A stretch of 64,000 nucleotides of DNA from Candidatus Magasanikiibacteriota bacterium (GTDB lineage Bacteria; Patescibacteriota; Patescibacteriia; Magasanikbacterales; UBA922): contig JBPOJQ010000006.1 in assembly GCA_052033375.1 (NCBI GenBank), positions 24,791-88,790 of the forward strand, read 5' to 3'. Each line of letters starts with the position of its first letter. Position 1 is the stretch's first letter. The notes below the pieces were generated by a model that made no database searches, was not told where the DNA came from, and saw only the letters and a list, made by a program, of their open reading frames with translations. Made by a program: the position numbers and the translations under genes. Shown piece after piece: positions 1 through 10,305 of this stretch.

Positions 1-1028
1 ATGACAAATGCATAGCATGATGCAAGTGTACAGGTGCGTGCACGTGCGATATAGCCAGATTTTGAAGCTGCGACTGGAGTACCTTGGGCACTTCGGATAT
101 CAATCGCAGGATGTTCATAGATATAGCGGAATGGATAGCTTTTGTCGTGAAAATACGCCGTCACATAGCGACTCTGTGTGGGCCATGAAAGAAGTGTCTC
201 GTCATCGCTCAGATCAGCAAATTTTTGACTCTCGGCTAATTTTTTCCGGACCTGTTGTTCAACAGCCACAATTTCATTCTCCACCTGTTTATATTGGGAT
301 TTGAGACCTGAAACCAGGGATTTATAGGTCATCTCAGATGATTGCGTTTGTGCGAGTAGTGTGCCTTTGAATTTTGATTGTTCATCCAAATCTCGCTTAC
401 GATTATCCAATCGTTCTTTCAATTCCTCGTAAGTCTTTTTTCGCTCCTCAGTTTCAGTCTTCTTCTGTTCTAATTCTTCTTTAGCAATACGAAGAGCCTT
501 GGCACTCTGTCCGAGATCCTGCTCTAGACTCTTTAGATATTGAACACGGGTATAGAAATCAGAAAAATTATCATACGCCGCCATGACCTCAATATACTTC
601 TTGTTGTTTTCATAATGGAGTGTGCGCACTAATTCAGCAAGCATCGCACGCTGTTTTTCAATTGCAGCTTCTTTGGTAGTAATACCAATCGCAAGCTCTT
701 CAATTTGAAGGGTTAGTGTTTCAAGTTTTGCCTGAGTAAGATCGATATCGAGCTCAATTTGTTTTATTTGATTATCCAAAATTGCCAACTGATTCGAAAG
801 TGATACCGCCTCAGTGCGCTTTTCAGAAATTTTCTTATTATATTCATCAATACTTTTCTGGAGTTGTTCAATCTTACTTTTTCCTTCAGAAATTTTCTTA
901 TTAAGCTCATCTATTTCAACTTGAGTTGCAGCATGTACAGGCTGAATAATCAAAAACTGCCGCATCCCGATCAATGCAGCAAATGACAGTACACAGAAAA
1001 AAATTCTAAAAGATAAATGTGTAATCAT
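1..1028 (-). CDS. Coiled-coil M23-family murein endopeptidase (EnvC/PcsB-like), runs off the left edge
   Basis: Not in the ORF track. Manual translation from ATG at 1028 gives a signal-like N-terminus (MITHLSFRIFFCVLSFAALIG), a long coiled coil, then LLSWPTQSRYVTAYFHDKSYPFRYIYEHPAIDIRSAQGTPV with the M23 HxxxD motif. Confidence 0.85.
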   Translation of the reverse strand, partial: MITHLSFRIFFCVLSFAALIGMRQFLIIQPVHAATQVEIDELNKKISEGKSKIEQLQKSIDEYNKKISEKRTEAVSLSNQLAILDNQIKQIELDIDLTQAKLETLTLQIEELAIGITTKEAAIEKQRAMLAELVRTLHYENNKKYIEVMAAYDNFSDFYTRVQYLKSLEQDLGQSAKALRIAKEELEQKKTETEERKKTYEELKERLDNRKRDLDEQSKFKGTLLAQTQSSEMTYKSLVSGLKSQYKQVENEIVAVEQQVRKKLAESQKFADLSDDETLLSWPTQSRYVTAYFHDKSYPFRYIYEHPAIDIRSAQGTPVAASKSGYIARARTCTLASCYAFV

Positions 1029-1050
1029 GTATCTTTTAGTATATCACAAA

Positions 1051-2541
1051 TTAAGCAAGACGTGCCAGAGCTGCATTAATTCGATGGAGTGTTCGTTCTT
1101 TTCCCAAAACAGCAGCAATTTCGAATGGTCCTGGAGAATTTTTTTGTCCAGAAAGCGCAGTGCGCATAGGCCAAAGAATATCTCCTACACCAAAATTATT
1201 CGCAGTAATCCAGGCGAGTGTGTCTGTTTCGAGTTGCTCTTTCCCCCACTCATGTTCATTTTTTTGACTCAAATAATCCAACAATATGGCGAGCTTCTCA
1301 TGAGTAGCCTCTTTCGTGCTTTTTTTCCAGACCAACAATTCGGAATCATAGCTCAAAGTCTCAGCAAAAATAAACCCGAGTGCTTCGGGAAACTCTCGAA
1401 GTGTACTTGCTCTCCCCTTCTCAAGCTCAATAACTTTTGCCAAATCTGCCAACTCACTTTCAGACTGAGGCAATGCTTTGATAAGTCCATGATTGAGCAT
1501 AAATGGCGCAACACGTCGTGCGAGCTCAAGTCTATCCAGTGCTATCAGATACTGCTTGTTATACCAATTAAGTTTTTCTACGTTAAATACAGCAGCAGCC
1601 TTACTCACCGTGTCAAAATCAAATTCTTGCTCTAACTCTTTGATTGAGTATATTTCTTGTTCAGTACCAGGATTCCAGCCAAGAAATGCAACGAAATTAA
1701 TCAGTGCTTCAGGTAGATACCCTTTTTCTTTAAAATCACTTACGCTCACATCCCCATGTCGTTTACTTAGCTTCTGTTTCTGCTCATTAACCAAAAGTGA
1801 AAGATGCGCAAATTTGGGCGCTTCCCAACCAAACATTTTGTATAATTGAATATGTTTTGGAGTAGAAGGAAGCCATTCTTCAGAACGAGTTACATGAGTA
1901 ATTCCCATAGTATGATCATCGACGACCACGGCAAAATGGTATGTTGGAAAACCGTCTGCTTTAATAAGCACCTGATCATCAACTAATGCATTTTTGAACT
2001 CCACCCTACCTCGTATCAAATCTTCAATTATGGTCGTACCTTCTTTTGGCATTTTCATACGAACAACAAAAGTTTCCCCGCCATCAATTCTTTTTTGAGC
2101 CTCTTCTCTTGAGATGTTACGGCACGTACCATCGTACCCCGTTGGGAGTTTGTTTTTCTCCTGAGATGTACGCAATTCGGCCAATCGTTCTTTGGTACAA
2201 AAACAATAATAGGCATGCCCTGCATTCAAAAGTTCTGTAATGTATGTACGGTAAATTGACAGACGTTCTGACTGAACATATGGACCTAGGTTTCCTTTCT
2301 GTATGATATTTCCTTCTTCATCCATCGAAACTCCTTCGTCGATAGCAATACCAGCCCAGCGAAGTGAGGAAATCATATTTTCAGTTCCCCCCTCCACAAA
2401 TCGTTCACGATCAGTATCTTCAATTCGAAGTACAAAGGTGCCACCATGTTTTTTTGCAAATAAATAGCCAAATAGAGCGGTTCTGAGTCCACCCACATGG
2501 AGCATTCCTGTTGGACTTGGAGCAAAACGAGTTTTTACCAT
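1051..2541 (-). CDS. gltX: Glutamate--tRNA ligase
   Basis: TRFAPSPTGMLHVGG (HIGH-like), RIEDTD, KLSKR motifs. Confidence 0.97.
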   Translation of the reverse strand: MVKTRFAPSPTGMLHVGGLRTALFGYLFAKKHGGTFVLRIEDTDRERFVEGGTENMISSLRWAGIAIDEGVSMDEEGNIIQKGNLGPYVQSERLSIYRTYITELLNAGHAYYCFCTKERLAELRTSQEKNKLPTGYDGTCRNISREEAQKRIDGGETFVVRMKMPKEGTTIIEDLIRGRVEFKNALVDDQVLIKADGFPTYHFAVVVDDHTMGITHVTRSEEWLPSTPKHIQLYKMFGWEAPKFAHLSLLVNEQKQKLSKRHGDVSVSDFKEKGYLPEALINFVAFLGWNPGTEQEIYSIKELEQEFDFDTVSKAAAVFNVEKLNWYNKQYLIALDRLELARRVAPFMLNHGLIKALPQSESELADLAKVIELEKGRASTLREFPEALGFIFAETLSYDSELLVWKKSTKEATHEKLAILLDYLSQKNEHEWGKEQLETDTLAWITANNFGVGDILWPMRTALSGQKNSPGPFEIAAVLGKERTLHRINAALARLA

Positions 2542-2543
2542 AT

Positions 2544-3305
2544 CTATGATATACGCGACATAACAATTGCCGCAGAGATTGCGATATTCAATGATTCAGC
2601 CTTTCCTTTACCTGGGATAGTATAGCGGACATCGACAATGTCTTCAAGATCTGGTGAAAGGCCTTGTGATTCAGATCCAAACAGAAAGACTGTATGTGTT
2701 GCCTTGGGAATTGATGTGGGAAGCACTTCACCTGAGAGATCAAGCGCAGAAACAGAATAGCCAAACGAATGAGTCAGTTCGGACAATTCTTTGAACAAAT
2801 TATGTGAACGATAAATCTTTGATCGGAACATCGATCCCATCGTGCTCCGAACCACTTTCGGATTATATTCATCTACGCTATTTTCTGAAAGTATAATATT
2901 CGTAATTCCAAACCACTCTGCAGTTCGAATAATTGTGCCCAGATTTCCCGGGTCTTTAATATTATCTAGTGCAATAATAGGACCTGTAGCGATATCTGTA
3001 AGTGTATGTTCAAAGGAATCAACTATTGCAATAATACCCGAAAACGTGTCAGTTGTTTTAATTTCTCCAATATCTTTTCTACCGCAATATTCGACTGGTA
3101 TATCTGCACTTTCTGCTTTTTTAATACACGCGGCAATATGCTCCTCATCTCGTCTGGTGCCTTCTACCACAACCATCGCAACTTCCGCATAGTCGAGTGC
3201 CTCCCCCACCCCCTTGAATCCTTCAACAATAAATTCCCGAAACTCACGTCGATATTTTTTTTCTTGTAATTGATTGAGGTGTTTAACGATTTTTGGTGAG
3301 AGCAT
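2544..3305 (-). CDS. TrmH/SpoU-family RNA methyltransferase
   Basis: DPGNLGTIIRTA, FGSESQGL, ESLNIAISAAI SPOUT motifs; start placed at MLSPKIVKH. Confidence 0.92.
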   Translation of the reverse strand: MLSPKIVKHLNQLQEKKYRREFREFIVEGFKGVGEALDYAEVAMVVVEGTRRDEEHIAACIKKAESADIPVEYCGRKDIGEIKTTDTFSGIIAIVDSFEHTLTDIATGPIIALDNIKDPGNLGTIIRTAEWFGITNIILSENSVDEYNPKVVRSTMGSMFRSKIYRSHNLFKELSELTHSFGYSVSALDLSGEVLPTSIPKATHTVFLFGSESQGLSPDLEDIVDVRYTIPGKGKAESLNIAISAAIVMSRIS

Positions 3306-4035
3306 AATAAGGAAAAATAATAGTAGCAGTGATAATTCGAGAGAACCGTTTAGGCTGAGTAATGAATCTATACAACCATTCAAAACCTGCTTTGCGTAGC
3401 CATGTTGGAGCACGTTTTATTGAACCAGAAATGTAGTCAACAGCGCCCCACACCCCCATTGCTATTTTGACCCCACGTTATTCATCTGCATGGGTATTAA
3501 TCCAAATCTCCTGTTTCTCATGTCCAAATGCTACAAAAATAATATCTGGTTTATTTCTCTGTATTTCATTGATAATTTGTTGATTAATGCGTTTCTCTTC
3601 TTTATTCTTATAGACAATCGCACCGCCCCGGACAAAAAAATTGGGTCCTGGATGCATGCCTGCGACATGCAGTGTCGGGAAGGCTTGCTGGATATAATAA
3701 AATAACTTCTTGAGAGTTTTTGTTTTTCCTGAACCAAGTAGAAAGATTGATTTTTGCTCATGTTCTGCGATAGAGAGAAGCTCAAGCATAAAATCAACCC
3801 CGGTAATCCTATTCAACCTGCCTTCTGAAAACAGGACTAGTCCCCTGCCATCACACAGTGATAGATCAGCAGTATTCAAGATTTCCCGAAATGAATGATG
3901 GCGATATGCGGATACAATCATCTCAGGATTTGGAGTAAAGATACGATGAAGTCGCTCCTCGTGAAGAAACGCCTGCGCTCTGTTTTTTGCCTCATCAATA
4001 GTGACTTCATCAACCTTTACATCGAGGATATGCAT
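3283..4035 (-). pseudogene. WecB/TagA/CpsF-family glycosyltransferase interrupted by an in-frame TAA at 3478-3480
   Basis: TPNPE, DGRG, RITGVDF before the stop; the same frame continues after it with GVWGAVDYISGSIKRAPTWLRKAGFEWLYR, the conserved family C-terminus. Confidence 0.85.
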
Positions 4036-4075
4036 AGATCCTAAATCAGGGATAATTATGCTATACTAACATATA

Positions 4076-4103
4076 TTGACAGTTTTGGCGAGTGTGATAT
4101 AGT
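4076..4103 (+). promoter_or_regulatory. sigma70-type promoter of clpB
   Basis: TTGACA-N16-TATAGT with extended TGn. Confidence 0.7.
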
Positions 4104-4104
4104 A

Positions 4105-4131
4105 TTATCACTCTACATCTACGAGTGCTAA
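4105..4131 (+). promoter_or_regulatory. CIRCE element (HrcA operator)
   Basis: TTATCACTC-N9-GAGTGCTAA, one mismatch to TTAGCACTC-N9-GAGTGCTAA, directly after the -10 of a chaperone gene. Confidence 0.9.
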
Positions 4132-4235
4132 TTCTATCTTAAAGTCCAGTGTCGAATAGTCGGATGTAGCCTACATTTTACATTAAAAATCAGATACAGT
4201 TAAAAACTGTATCTGATTCAACTTTTATTTTGTAT

Positions 4236-6869
4236 ATGATGCCTCAAAATTTTACCAACAAATCTCAAGAAGCAATTCAAAATGCACAAGGTATTGCGCA
4301 TGAAAATGGACAACAGCAAATAGATCCGCCACATTTGTTTCTGGCTCTGATCAACGAAGATGAGGGTGTTGTCGTATCAATTTTTAAAAAACTCAATGCT
4401 TCCGTCGATGTAATTAAGGAATTCCTACAGACACTAATTGATCGGATACCAAAACAGCCAATCAGTGCCCAAGGTATTGGACAAGTAACCCTCTCACAAG
4501 CGACACTCTATATACTACAAAACGCAAATAATGAAGCCCAAAAAATGAAGGATGAATTTATTTCAGTCGAGCATCTCCTCCTGGGATTTTTGACAAATAA
4601 AAACCCGATCAGTGATTTTCTGACACAGCAAGGCGTCACCTATCACGACATATTGAAGGTGCTCCAATCAATTCGTGGAAACCAGCGTGTTGACTCCCCT
4701 GAGCCTGAAAGCAAGTACCAGGCTCTAGAAAAATATGGGCTCAATCTCACCGAGCGAGCACGCAAAGAAAAACTCGATCCGGTGATTGGTCGTGACGATG
4801 AAATTCGCCGAGTCATGCAAGTGCTTACCCGACGAACCAAAAATAATCCAGTACTCATTGGTGAGCCGGGGGTAGGAAAAACAGCAGTGGTCGAAGGATT
4901 GGCGCAACGTATTGTAAATGGCGATGTACCAGAAAACCTCAAAGATAAGGAGGTCATTTCTCTGGATGTCGGTTCCCTACTCGCAGGTACCAAATTTCGG
5001 GGAGAATTTGAAGAACGTCTCAAGGCAGTAATCAAAGAAGTTACCAATAGTAATGGACAAATTGTTCTATTCATCGATGAACTTCATACAATCGTTGGTG
5101 CAGGTAGTTCAGACGGTGCAGTAGATGCATCAAATATGCTGAAGCCTGGGCTTGCTCGAGGTGAATTGCATATCATTGGTGCGACTACTATCAAGGAATA
5201 TCAAAAACATATTGAGAAAGACGCGGCTTTTGAACGGAGATTTCAAACTGTCATGGTCCACCAACCCACCCTCGATGATGCGACTGCGATTCTTCGTGGT
5301 ATTAAAGAAAAATATGAAATTCATCATGGGGTGCGAATTACTGACCCTGCAATTATAGCCGCAGTCACACTCTCGGATCGCTACATTAGTGATCGATTTC
5401 TTCCAGACAAAGCAATCGACCTCATTGACGAAGCCGCGAGTGCCCTCAAAATGCAGATTGACTCTATGCCTGATGATCTAGACAAAATGAAGCGCAAAAT
5501 GATGAAGATAGAAATCGAACTTCGGGCACTCAAAAAAGAAACTGACAAAGATTCAAAAGAACGTGAGAAATTGCTCAAAGAAGAATTAGCAAACCTCAAA
5601 GAAAAAAGTAAAGAAATCGAAATGCAGTGGGGTAATGAAAAAGAAATCATTACCAAAATGCGTGAACACAAAAAAGAAATTGATAAACTGAAACAGGAAG
5701 CTGAAATCATGGAACGTAAAGGTGATTTACAAAAAGTCGCTGAAATTAGATACGGAAAAATTCCAGTTATCGAAGAGGCAATCAAGAAGTACGAAGCAAA
5801 ACTTGCCGACCTGCAAAAGAAAAGTTCGATCCTCAAAGAAGAAGTCACTGAGGAGGATATTGCTCGAGTGGTATCGAAGTGGACTGGGATACCTGTAAGT
5901 AAAATGCTCGAAGATGAAGTCTTCAAGCTCGCCCGTATGGAACAGGAACTCAGTAAAAATGTAGTCGGACAAGAAGAAGCGATTGGCGCTGTCGCACATG
6001 CGATTCGTAGAAACCGGGCAGGAATTTCGGAAGAAAAGCGTCCAATCGGCTCTTTCATCTTCATGGGACCGACAGGTGTGGGAAAAACAGAGCTTGCAAA
6101 AACACTTGCTGAATTTCTGTTTAATGACCGTGAGGCGCTCGTGAGAGTAGACATGACAGAATATATGGAAAAACACGCGGTCAGCAAAATGGTCGGCTCT
6201 CCTCCAGGCTACATTGGGTTTGACGAGGGTGGACAACTCACCGAAATTGTACGTAGAAAACCATATTCAGTCATCCTATTTGATGAAATTGAGAAAGCCC
6301 ACCCAGACATATTCAATATCATGCTTCAAATTCTTGAGGATGGACATCTGACTGACGCCAAGGGTCGCAAAGTAAACTTCAAAAACACCGTTATTATCAT
6401 GACGAGTAATATCGCAAGTGAACTCATTGTACAGATGGGTACACAGGGAGAATTTGGTTTTGGTGAAAAGAAAAAAGGTGGAAATACAAAACAATCACAA
6501 GAAGCAATCAATAAACGAATTTTCGATGCACTTCGCGAACAATTCAAACCTGAGTTCCTCAATCGTATCGATGAAATCATTGTATTCCATCCATTGAAGG
6601 AAGAACAAATTCGTTCAATCGTCGATCTTCAGTTGGAAATTGTAATGAAGCGACTTGAAAAACAAAAAATAAAACTCGAGATCACTGACAAAGCAAAAGA
6701 TTGGCTCGCGAAAAAAGGTTATGATGAGAATCTCGGCGCTCGCCCGCTCAAGCGAGTAATACAGACAGAGTTATTGAATAAACTTGCGTTAAAAATCATT
6801 GAAAAAAGTGTAAGCGAGGGTGATACTGTGTATATTGACACAACTAAGGACGGATTAAAAATCAGTTAA
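4236..6869 (+). CDS. clpB: ATP-dependent chaperone ClpB
   Basis: Two AAA+ modules ([16 protein letters not shown]) with a coiled-coil middle domain. Confidence 0.97.
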   Translation: MMPQNFTNKSQEAIQNAQGIAHENGQQQIDPPHLFLALINEDEGVVVSIFKKLNASVDVIKEFLQTLIDRIPKQPISAQGIGQVTLSQATLYILQNANNEAQKMKDEFISVEHLLLGFLTNKNPISDFLTQQGVTYHDILKVLQSIRGNQRVDSPEPESKYQALEKYGLNLTERARKEKLDPVIGRDDEIRRVMQVLTRRTKNNPVLIGEPGVGKTAVVEGLAQRIVNGDVPENLKDKEVISLDVGSLLAGTKFRGEFEERLKAVIKEVTNSNGQIVLFIDELHTIVGAGSSDGAVDASNMLKPGLARGELHIIGATTIKEYQKHIEKDAAFERRFQTVMVHQPTLDDATAILRGIKEKYEIHHGVRITDPAIIAAVTLSDRYISDRFLPDKAIDLIDEAASALKMQIDSMPDDLDKMKRKMMKIEIELRALKKETDKDSKEREKLLKEELANLKEKSKEIEMQWGNEKEIITKMREHKKEIDKLKQEAEIMERKGDLQKVAEIRYGKIPVIEEAIKKYEAKLADLQKKSSILKEEVTEEDIARVVSKWTGIPVSKMLEDEVFKLARMEQELSKNVVGQEEAIGAVAHAIRRNRAGISEEKRPIGSFIFMGPTGVGKTELAKTLAEFLFNDREALVRVDMTEYMEKHAVSKMVGSPPGYIGFDEGGQLTEIVRRKPYSVILFDEIEKAHPDIFNIMLQILEDGHLTDAKGRKVNFKNTVIIMTSNIASELIVQMGTQGEFGFGEKKKGGNTKQSQEAINKRIFDALREQFKPEFLNRIDEIIVFHPLKEEQIRSIVDLQLEIVMKRLEKQKIKLEITDKAKDWLAKKGYDENLGARPLKRVIQTELLNKLALKIIEKSVSEGDTVYIDTTKDGLKIS

Positions 6870-6875
6870 AAAAAT

Positions 6876-6900
6876 AAAACCGCTCTCTCGAGCGGTTTTT
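6876..6900. terminator. Bidirectional intrinsic terminator
   Basis: AAAACCGCTC-TCTC-GAGCGGTTTT between convergent genes. Confidence 0.8.
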
Positions 6901-7189
6901 AGTTTGGAAACAACTTATTCCCCTCTTCATCGTACAGATGTATGGCGAGCACGGGACATACTTGTGCCGCCATCATAATCGTATCCTCATCGGTGCTATC
7001 AGGATCAGTCACATATGCCAGATTTCCATCATCCATCTGGAATACTCCGGGAGCCACCACCACACATGATTGAGCCCCGATACACGCCTGGCGATCTACC
7101 ACAATACGGCGGATCTTTCCGCCTTTTCGTATTTTCATTGAAATGTCTTCTGGTAAATTGTCAGGAAGTTTTGGTTCGATGTCGGACAT
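6899..7189 (-). CDS. Ferredoxin (single-cluster, 3Fe-4S/4Fe-4S type)
   Basis: VDRQACIGAQSCVVVAPGVF...AAQVCPVLAI. Confidence 0.9.
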   Translation of the reverse strand: MSDIEPKLPDNLPEDISMKIRKGGKIRRIVVDRQACIGAQSCVVVAPGVFQMDDGNLAYVTDPDSTDEDTIMMAAQVCPVLAIHLYDEEGNKLFPN

Positions 7190-7195
7190 AACGTG

Positions 7196-8077
7196 TTATT
7201 TCAGTTCAATGGTACTGATGATATCTTCGAGATCGTCATAAGAATATCTGTAAAACTCATGGATTGAAAAAGTGTAGGTATATTTATCACCAAAAAATAC
7301 CAACTTATAATTTGTTCCTAAGCCTCCGTCGAAATATTCCAAAACAGTATGTGTATTTTTAGTGTTGTACAGAGATGGAATATTCACTAACTTAAAACCA
7401 TTTGAACTGCCACCAGAATTACGTGCTGATTCGGTTACATACATATCAACATCAGATCCGGTACTATTTCGTATGATAAGAGAAAAAGGACGTGTCAAAC
7501 GATAGCTCACACCTCCCTCAGGCATAGGATAGGTTATCCTACCAAATGAAACATAGGACGCACCCTTATCCCAAGAAACTTGTTCGTCAACGATATACGG
7601 CTCAAACTTATACAAAGGATCCCCCCACTTTTCATCGAATGGTAGACGCAATGATAATTCTTCATTTTCAAAAACAACAAACGTATTCGGAATTGACATG
7701 TTAACCTCTTGAGGAGGTGGAGGATTCGGTGTTTCAGGTTCAATATATTCTTCAGAAGAAAAAAATTTGCGTTCCGAATTGGAATAGACACCACTCCATT
7801 TACGTGTCATCCACCCATCATTTGATGGATCGTTTTTTCGAACTTCAGGAATCAAAACTTCATATTCTTTTTCTACCCTAACCTTAGGTTCTAATTTGGT
7901 CTCTTGCACAGGAGTTGGTTCAGACTTTTTTTCTTCCTGCTGAGAGAGAGTTGATTTTTGCATTGGTGCAGATTTGAACAAAAACTTATCCTGAAATATA
8001 AAAAAAGAAAGGATAACATTCAATCCAATACTGACGCAAAGTCCAATAGTCACAATATTTTTTCTGTCAAAAGTCAT
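7196..8077 (-). CDS. Hypothetical membrane-anchored exported protein
   Basis: 293-aa ORF with an N-terminal TM helix and Pro/Glu-rich linker, co-oriented with neighbours. Confidence 0.7.
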   Translation of the reverse strand: MTFDRKNIVTIGLCVSIGLNVILSFFIFQDKFLFKSAPMQKSTLSQQEEKKSEPTPVQETKLEPKVRVEKEYEVLIPEVRKNDPSNDGWMTRKWSGVYSNSERKFFSSEEYIEPETPNPPPPQEVNMSIPNTFVVFENEELSLRLPFDEKWGDPLYKFEPYIVDEQVSWDKGASYVSFGRITYPMPEGGVSYRLTRPFSLIIRNSTGSDVDMYVTESARNSGGSSNGFKLVNIPSLYNTKNTHTVLEYFDGGLGTNYKLVFFGDKYTYTFSIHEFYRYSYDDLEDIISTIELK

Positions 8078-8085
8078 AGTTATAG

Positions 8086-8388
8086 TTATAAATCACCTAA
8101 AAAATCATCATTCAAATCAAGTTGCCCAGGGGTAAACTTGTGGTATGGTTCACCGCTCCCCTGCTCAATCTTTTCTACCACATTTTCAGGAGTACTATAC
8201 GAGAAAATTTGATTGTCGTCAACGATGACGTTTACTGCTTTTTTACATCGATCAATACAGCCACATATGCCGACAGTAGTCTCTGTTCCTACATATTTTT
8301 CTTCCAACACACCGACAATAGCATGGGCGCCCTCTACCATGCAGTCCGCTCCACAACAGACTTCGATTTTTTTAATTTCTTTATTCAT
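8086..8388 (-). CDS. Thioredoxin-like [2Fe-2S] ferredoxin (NuoE-like domain)
   Basis: VCCGADCMVEGA...CGCIDRCKKAVNV cysteine pattern. Confidence 0.8.
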   Translation of the reverse strand: MNKEIKKIEVCCGADCMVEGAHAIVGVLEEKYVGTETTVGICGCIDRCKKAVNVIVDDNQIFSYSTPENVVEKIEQGSGEPYHKFTPGQLDLNDDFLGDL

Positions 8389-8395
8389 ATTCAGT

Positions 8396-8483
8396 TGTCA
8401 TCCTGAGCGAAGCGAAGGATCCCTTAAAGAATGTTTGAAATAAAAATTTAGTCAAGGGATTCTTCGCTTCGCTCAGAATGACA
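8396..8483. repeat. REP/REPIN-like palindromic element
   Basis: TGTCATCCTGAGCGAAGCGAAGGATCCC...GGGATTCTTCGCTTCGCTCAGAATGACA inverted ends. Confidence 0.85.
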
Positions 8484-8484
8484 T

Positions 8485-8787
8485 TTATTCAGTATTTTGT
8501 TCGAATTTAGTCGCTAAGTCTTCCCAATGAGGATTTATAGAATTAATCAACTCCTCTTTTCTGATGCGCTTCCAACCTTTTATTTGTTTCTCCCTTCTTA
8601 TAGCTTCTTCAATATCACTAAATTGTTCAAAATAAACTAATTTAGTACAAGCATATTTCTTCGTAAAACTATCTGCGGCGCCTTGCTTGTGCTCATACAC
8701 CCTTCTCTGCAAGTTATTCGTCACCCCGATATACAGTGTTCCAGAATAACTTGCCATAATATAAATGTAAAAATTATTCCGCAACAT
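8485..8787 (-). CDS. Small stand-alone GIY-YIG endonuclease
   Basis: FYIYIMA...TLYIGVTNNLQRRVYEHK...AIRREKQIKGW. Confidence 0.92.
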   Translation of the reverse strand: MLRNNFYIYIMASYSGTLYIGVTNNLQRRVYEHKQGAADSFTKKYACTKLVYFEQFSDIEEAIRREKQIKGWKRIRKEELINSINPHWEDLATKFEQNTE

Positions 8788-8790
8788 ATT

Positions 8791-9087
8791 CTAGACGCCC
8801 ATCGCAGCCCGTAAATCTGGAGGTGCTACCCAAGGCGGATCAAAGGTAACATCAATGTAAACCGCTTCACGCTCGAAACCAAACGACATAATTACTTCCC
8901 GTATCTCATCAGTGAGTTGCGGACCGAAGGGACAAAATGGTGTGGTGTAAGTCATGGTTACTTCAACTCTATTCTGTTCACTATCCACACGAATATCATA
9001 AATAAGGCCCATAGTAACCACATCTACATGGACTTCAGGATCAAAGACCGTCTTTAATTTTTCTAAAATTTGCTCTTTGGTGACCAT
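8791..9087 (-). CDS. sufT: SufT/DUF59 Fe-S cluster assembly protein
   Basis: VFDPE...MGLIY...MTYTTPFCP...FDPPW. Confidence 0.9.
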   Translation of the reverse strand: MVTKEQILEKLKTVFDPEVHVDVVTMGLIYDIRVDSEQNRVEVTMTYTTPFCPFGPQLTDEIREVIMSFGFEREAVYIDVTFDPPWVAPPDLRAAMGV

Positions 9088-9100
9088 ACATTATTTATTT

Positions 9101-9190
9101 TGTTATCCTGAACGTATTGAGTGATCCCGTGAAGAGTGTTATACGTAAAACCCTCTTTAAGAGATTCTTCGCCTACGGCTCAGAATGACA
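9101..9190. repeat. Second, more degenerate copy of the REP-like element
   Basis: TGTTATCCTGAAC...GATTCTTCGCCTACGGCTCAGAATGACA. Confidence 0.75.
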
Positions 9191-9196
9191 AATACA

Positions 9197-9925
9197 CTAT
9201 TTAAAATTATTATACCCACTCTTCTCGACTTCATGTGCCAATTCAGGACCACCACTCTTCACAATATTACCATCAATCATGATGTGAACTACGTCCGGCA
9301 CCACGTAATCAAGAATACGATTGTAGTGGGTAATCAATAGTACTCCAGTTTTCTCACTCTTAAATTTAACAATTCCTTCCGCAACGATTTTCAACGCATC
9401 CACATCAAGCCCGGAATCAGTCTCATCAAGTACCGCATATGTCGGCTCAAGAACCGCAAGCTGGAGAATCTCAGCTCGTTTCTTCTCTCCTCCAGAAAAT
9501 CCCGTATTCACATATCGAGTCGCAAATGCTGGATCCATTCCAAACTCTTTTATTTTTTCTACCAACTTTCGGTGAAACTCAAGAGGATTCACCGTAGCAC
9601 CTTTGAGCGAATTATACGCGAGACGCAAAAAATTAGAAATCGTCACCCCTTCAATTTCTGGCGGATACTGCATCGAGAGAAACAATCCATGCTTTGCTTT
9701 CTCATCTGTAGACATATCGGTCACGTCCACAGCGTCAACAATAATCTTCCCCTCAGTGACGGTATATTTTGGATGACTAAGTAGTGTATTTGCAAGGGTG
9801 GATTTCCCCGAACCATTCGGTCCCATAATCGCATGGACTTCACCTGGCTTAATCTCAAGATTAAGACCTTTTACAATCGGCTTTTCTTCTACTGAAACGT
9901 GTAGGTTTTGTATCTGTAAGCTCAT
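9197..9925 (-). CDS. sufC: Fe-S cluster assembly ATPase SufC
   Basis: GPNGSGKST, GFSGGEKKR, LDETDSGLDVD. Confidence 0.96.
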   Translation of the reverse strand: MSLQIQNLHVSVEEKPIVKGLNLEIKPGEVHAIMGPNGSGKSTLANTLLSHPKYTVTEGKIIVDAVDVTDMSTDEKAKHGLFLSMQYPPEIEGVTISNFLRLAYNSLKGATVNPLEFHRKLVEKIKEFGMDPAFATRYVNTGFSGGEKKRAEILQLAVLEPTYAVLDETDSGLDVDALKIVAEGIVKFKSEKTGVLLITHYNRILDYVVPDVVHIMIDGNIVKSGGPELAHEVEKSGYNNFK

Positions 9926-9932
9926 AATATAT

Positions 9933-10304
9933 TTATATAAGTGATTCTTGAGATGCTCTGAAGACAAGTAACGCACATTTTTCACGATTAATCCCTACAT
10001 CAATTCCAAGTAAATTGAGTACTTCAGCATCAGTTATTTTCTCAACCTCATCCAAACTTTTTCCTTTAATATACTCAGTAAATAATGATGCAGAGGCTTG
10101 CGAAATAGCGCATCCAGCACCTTCAAATCCGATATCAATAATTTTCTCTCCATCAGTTTTTACATAAACCGTTAATTCATCACCACACGTCGGATTATTC
10201 TTGTGCGCAGTATGTGTTGCATCCAAAACTTTCTTCTTATTCTTCGGATTGCGATACAGATCCAGAATATACTCTTTGTAAATTGTTTCCATTTCATGAT
10301 CCAT
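9933..10304 (-). CDS. sufU: SufU/NifU-like scaffold or sulfur-transfer protein
   Basis: NPTCGD, GCAISQASAS, REKCALL. Confidence 0.92.
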   Translation of the reverse strand: MDHEMETIYKEYILDLYRNPKNKKKVLDATHTAHKNNPTCGDELTVYVKTDGEKIIDIGFEGAGCAISQASASLFTEYIKGKSLDEVEKITDAEVLNLLGIDVGINREKCALLVFRASQESLI

Positions 10305-10305
10305 A

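Noticed and set aside
8-304. 98-aa plus-strand ORF, and the many other short ORFs antisense to or overlapping long genes
   Set aside because: They are shadows of well-supported genes on the other strand or frame (here the M23 peptidase) and show no motifs of their own.
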